Shown here: positions 60,801-64,000 of the stretch, one piece after another
Layout of the letters: each line of letters starts with the position of its first letter
Position numbering within the stretch: position 1 is the first letter of the stretch
From: Macrostomum hystrix
Taxonomy: Eukaryota; Animalia; Platyhelminthes
Assembly (NCBI GenBank): GCA_950097015.1
Contig: CATNEN010000041.1
Location: 682,001 to 746,000 of the forward strand
Direction: 5' to 3'
DNA length: 64,000 nucleotides
The notes under the pieces: generated by a model
What the model was told of the DNA's origin: nothing
Seen by the model: the letters and a program-made list of their open reading frames with translations, nothing else
The model's database searches: none
Program-made: the position numbers and the translations under genes

Positions 60801-61747
60801 TTTCCCCAGTCTTCACGCCGTCGCTGCAGTCGAGTTCGTGTCTGTGGCGGGCAGCGAAGCCGGAGTCATCGGCAGCACTGGCCGCTCTCCGCTGACCGTC
60901 TCCGTGCTGAACGTCAACGACAGGCCGCCCCGCTGGCCACCTGACGCACCTCGGCGAACTCGCGTCCGAGAATCTCTTCAACCCGGTGTCGTCTTGGCGA
61001 CGTTCAGAGTCCTTCGAGACGACGACGGAGTCGCGAACATCGGCATCGGCATTCGCTGGCGCCTCCTGGGCCCGACACCATCCGGTGTTGACTTGGATTC
61101 CATCGGTCGTCTGGTGGTTGTTGGCCGTCTTCGTCCGGGTCTCTGGCGCCTTCGCGTTGAAGCAATAGACGGCGCCAGCGTCGGTCGTGACGGCGGCATC
61201 GGCGGATTTGGCCTGGCAACTGCGGAGCCGCTGGTCCACGTGCTTGAGGTGGTGCGCGACCGCGCGACATACTGGCCACCACCGCCTCCGCCACTCTGCC
61301 AGCCGCAGGCCATCGACGTCAGCATCTCGGAGGCGGCCAGTGTCGGCACGGAGCTTGCCACTTCGTCGGAGTACTCTGCCAGTCCTGGAGGTGCTGGTGA
61401 CCTGCAGCTGCGCTTCTCCCTCGCCGCGAGTGCCGAAGAGCCGCCAGTGACCGCGAACCTCACCACCGGCCTGCTGACTCTCGCCCGGCCACTGGATCGC
61501 GAGCTGAGGGACATCCACACATTCGACATCGAGGTTGTCACGCTGGATCCGAGCATCGGCGTCGCCTCGGCCGGTTGTCGACTGCGATTTCGACTGCGTG
61601 TCGTTGATGAGAACGACTGCACGCCGAAGTTCATCGTGCCGCATGCTGGCTCGTCAAACGGATCGCCGCTCTGGCTGCCGCCGCTGCCGGAGGACGCGCC
61701 GCGGGGCGCCGTTGTCGGACGAGTCCTAGCGGTTGACTGCGACGCTG
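30900..61747 (+). CDS. Giant Fat/Dachsous-like protocadherin, N-terminal about 3,360 aa, 3' end beyond the window
   Basis: Signal peptide MHYAALLLLLQLLQ. Exons with matching phases and GT-AG ends: 30900-33148, 33564-33938, 34061-34794, 35992-36309, 37492-37716, 38554-39021, 39218-39354, 39623-40202, 43143-45191, 58334-58458, 58721-59023, 59098-59727, 59851-61747 (alternative donor after 61762); total 10,090 nt. Many cadherin motifs (LDRE/LDFE, DVNDNAPxF, AxDxDxG). No transmembrane segment is reached, so orthology cannot be assigned. Confidence 0.9.
33304..33515 (+). repeat. Dispersed repeat copy A (SINE/MITE-like) in cadherin intron 1
   Basis: Colinear similarity to 56404-56575: CGCCC..GA.GGCCAACCTCCAAGGCACAGTG...ACACACCT.TGTGAGCGTGTGCCTGC...GCTCAGGAGTC...GCAGAATTGC...CACCAAA.GGTGTGCCATTGCC. 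Confidence 0.8.
37149..37312. repeat. 58-bp tandem triplication in cadherin intron 4
   Basis: GAACAGAAATGACACGCTAG starts at 37149, 37207 and 37265. Confidence 0.9.
40342..40440 (+). mobile_element. tRNA-derived SINE-like head in cadherin intron 8
   Basis: A-box-like TAGCCTGAGGG (40351), B-box-like GAGTTCGCATC (about 40394), 9-bp stem GGGCTGAGA/TCTCAGCCC, then TTGTGTCCTTGAG, which resembles the core of several metazoan SINEs. No intact acceptor stem. Confidence 0.5.
41445..41940. repeat. ~19-bp minisatellite (GAATCCGAATTTCAGAAAC) with a 180-bp higher-order duplication
   Basis: The variant ATTACGAAAACGGAATCCGGAATT recurs at 41568 and 41748. Confidence 0.9.
42983..43140. repeat. 10-bp repeat (ACCTGAACCC)n running directly into the exon 9 acceptor AG
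   Basis: ...ctgaactcac ctgaactcac AG|GC AAT GAG (exon starts at 43143). Confidence 0.9.
45978..47887 (+). repeat. Purine-rich minisatellite (GAGAGTGGCAGGGTGAGATG family) with a 642-bp higher-order duplication
   Basis: Rare variants recur 642 bp apart: AGTAGA at 46275 and 46917, GTAAG at 46514 and 47156. Confidence 0.95.
48577..50792. repeat. (TG)nAG microsatellite, about 2.2 kb
   Basis: GTGTGTGA units. The His/Thr ORFs are artefacts. Confidence 0.97.
51378..54445 (+). repeat. 10-bp satellite (CTCTGCCACT/CTCTGCCACC)n, about 3.1 kb
   Basis: Direct reading. All overlapping LPLSATLCH / AESGREWQRV ORFs are artefacts. Confidence 0.97.
54855..55615 (+). repeat. 14-bp polypyrimidine satellite (CTCTCTCTCCCTAC)n
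   Basis: Nearly perfect array of about 50 units. Confidence 0.97.
55726..55835 (+). ncRNA. tRNA-derived Pol III cassette (A-box, B-box, T6) enclosing a hammerhead ribozyme
   Basis: GCGCCTA (tRNA positions 1-7), A-box TAGCCTAATGG 55733-55743, B-box GGTTCGAATCC 55810-55820, TTTTTT 55830-55835. Acceptor and T stems do not pair, so this is not a functional tRNA. Confidence 0.75.
55754..55808 (+). ncRNA. Type I hammerhead ribozyme
   Basis: Core CTGATGA 55767-55773; stem II GCTC-caaaaa-GAGC 55774-55787; GAAA 55788-55791; minimal palindromic stem III CGCG; GTC cleavage triplet ending at 55797; stem I GACTCTA/TGGAGTT, continued after a 2-nt bulge by AGGC/GCCT. Confidence 0.88.
56404..56575 (+). repeat. 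Dispersed repeat copy B, homologous to 33304-33515, in cadherin intron 9
   Basis: Identical 22-mer GGCCAACCTCCAAGGCACAGTG at 56416, followed by colinear similarity to copy A. Confidence 0.8.
57510..58200. repeat. 32-bp minisatellite CATAATCCCATCCCATCCCTCACTGTCTCTCC, about 21 near-identical copies
   Basis: Direct reading; ends about 130 bp before the exon 10 acceptor. Confidence 0.97.
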
Positions 61748-61762
61748 GTGAGGCTTGGCGCG

Positions 61763-62450
61763 GTGAGTTTCGTTTGTTCATGGTGTGGGTTTCGTATGTT
61801 CATGGTGTGGGGTTCGCATGTTCATGGAGTGGGGTTCGCATGTTAATGGAGTGGGGTTCGTTTGTTCATGGATTGGGGTTCGTTTGTTCATGGATTGGGG
61901 TTCGTTTGTTCATGGATTGGGGTTCGTTTGTTCATGGATTGGGGTTCGTTTGTTCATGGAGTGGGGTTCGCATGTTCATGGTGTGGGGTTCGCATGTTCA
62001 TGGTGTGGAGTTCGCATGTTCATGGTGTGGGGTTCGCATGTTCATGGTGTGGGGTTCGCATGTTCATGGAGTGGGGTTCGTTTGTTCATGGAGTGGGGTT
62101 CGTTTGTTCATGGATTGGGGTTCGCATGTTCATGGTGTCGGGTTCGCATGTTCATGGTGTGGGGTTCGTATGTTCATGGTGTGGGGTTCGCATGTTCATG
62201 GAGTGGGGTTCGTTTGTTCATGGAGTGGGGTTCGCATGTTCATGGATTGGGGTTCGCATGTTCATGGTGTCGGGTTCGCATGTTCATGGTGTGGGGTTCG
62301 TATGTTCATGGTGTGGGGTTCGCATGTTCATGGAGTGGGGTTCGTTTGTTCATGGAGTGGGGTTCGCATGTTCATGGAGTGGGGTTCGTTTGTTCATGGA
62401 GTGGGGTTCGCATGTTCATGGAGTGGGGTTCGTTTGTTCATGGTGTGGGG
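61763..62450. repeat. 22-bp minisatellite GTTCG(CA/TT)TGTTCATGG(A/T)GTGGG starting at a cadherin splice donor
   Basis: Direct reading. The FMEWGSHVHG tail of the 59851 ORF is repeat read-through, not protein. Confidence 0.95.
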
Positions 62451-63611
62451 TTTTTGCCCCTGGCATGGGTTTGTTTGTTCATTCTGTGGGTTTTTACCCT
62501 ATCACAGATTTTCGTCTTCATATTTGCCCAAAAGCCCAACTTACGTGCTACAGTAGTATATAATGAATATTTATAGTTTTCAAGCGCAGGAAAGGTTTCA
62601 CTGCATCCAATGCCAATGCTAGTCATGCAGATTTCACCATCCCGCTAGCGCGCAAATCGCATCCGCCTTGTTCTCCGGCACGGATTTGCAGTGCATGCAA
62701 TCTGAGATAGACTGCTCAACGCTGTGGAGTACACTTCTGCCCATCTCCCATCTCTCCCTGCGACAATGCGCTTCCCAAAAAATGATAGGAAGAAATTGGA
62801 GGAGGCGTTGGGGACGGAAGGAAAGTGGAATGTGGGCCATTGAAATTCGCAGCAGTGAGGGGAGTGCCTTCGCTACCCAGCCGTGAGGCTGCAGCTGCGG
62901 AGGCGTCTCAGCCACTTGACAAGTCTAGAGTGGCCTAAATTGACTTCCGCGGAGCCCGTCGTGTCAGCTGGCACTTCAGCCGCCTTCGGCTGCCAGACCT
63001 TCTCAGCCGCATCGTCCGCTGCGCCTGCGGAAGATAAAAAGTGGCCTGTTGGACTTTTTCTCATTCTTCTCACACTTCTCACTGTTCTCAAACTTTTCTC
63101 TGGCTCATTTTCAATCCTTGCTTCGCCCCGCTGTCAAGGGGTTCCAGGGCTTTCTGTTGGACATTGTGCTGTACTTTTGAGCCCTCCTATTGCGGGACTG
63201 ATTCGCATTTGCAGCAATCGATGGGAAATTTGACTGCCGTTTTCGTGTTTTGGGGATTTTTAATAGCGAGCCGATTAAATTGGAGAGATTTCAAATCCCA
63301 GCGGCTCATCGAGCTCCATCATTCGATGACGCAATCGTCACCTGCTGCGCTGCAGAAGCTCGGCCCGGGCAAGTTTGCCCTACGCGGACCAGCTGTAGGG
63401 GGGGGGAATGACAAGCATTCGGAAATGCCTGCAGCCCCTCCCCGCCTGTCCATTAGCGCGGAATGGGCCTTCTCCCACCCTGGGATCCGGCCCAGCCTCG
63501 CGCACCTGTGATTCTGCCCGCGCATCTGCTGACATGCGACCTGCGGGTCCACGAAATTCAAGCTGGCTTTTAATAACCTTGGATAGATGGACAACAGGAA
63601 TAACAAGATGA

Positions 63612-64000
63612 GATTGTAGGAAATAGAGAAGAAAGGGCAGGAGAGAAATGGAGAGGGGAGGAGAGAGATGGAGAGGGGAGGAGAGAGATGGAGAGGGGAG
63701 GAGAGAGATGGAGAGCGGAGGAGAGAGATGGAGAGGGAGGAGAGAGATGGAGAGGGGAGGAGAGATGGAGAGGGAGGAGAGAGATGGAGAGGGAGGATAG
63801 AGATGGAGAGGGGAGGAGAGAGATGGAGAGGGAGGAGAAAGATGGAGAAGGAGGATAGAGATTGAGAGGGGAGGAGAGAGATGGAGAGGGAGGAGAGAGA
63901 TAGAGAGGGAGGAGAGAGATGGAGAGGGGAGGAGAGAGATGGAGAGGGAGGAGAGAGATGGAGAGGGGAGGAGAGAGATGGAGAGGGAGGAGAGAGATGG
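63612..64000. repeat. 19-20-bp purine satellite (GGAGAGAGATGGAGAGGG)n, runs off the window
   Basis: Direct reading. Confidence 0.95.

Overview
Eukaryotic (metazoan) genomic DNA. It has GC-rich exons, spliceosomal introns and very abundant tandem arrays; the style suggests the flatworm Macrostomum, but that is inference only. No CRISPR arrays or prokaryotic operons were seen. Genes found: an unknown GC-rich ORF (851-1489); a two-exon secreted protein with a PAN-like domain, a Thr-rich stalk and an ALK/LTK-type glycine-rich domain (minus, 7943-6379); a replication-dependent histone H4 with its 3' stem-loop; a two-exon neurocalcin; a four-exon type I diacylglycerol kinase with one GC-AG intron; and a giant Fat/Dachsous-like cadherin (at least 13 exons, about 3,360 aa within the window, continuing past the right edge). 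A complete, young Ty3/Gypsy (Mag-like) LTR retrotransposon with a GACAC target-site duplication lies between the kinase and the cadherin. About 20 micro/minisatellite arrays are present, several touching splice sites or arranged as inverted pairs. The most striking item is in cadherin intron 9: a type I hammerhead ribozyme placed between a tRNA-type Pol III A-box and B-box, followed by a T6 run (55726-55835). All structures were read by eye; no database search or folding program was run.
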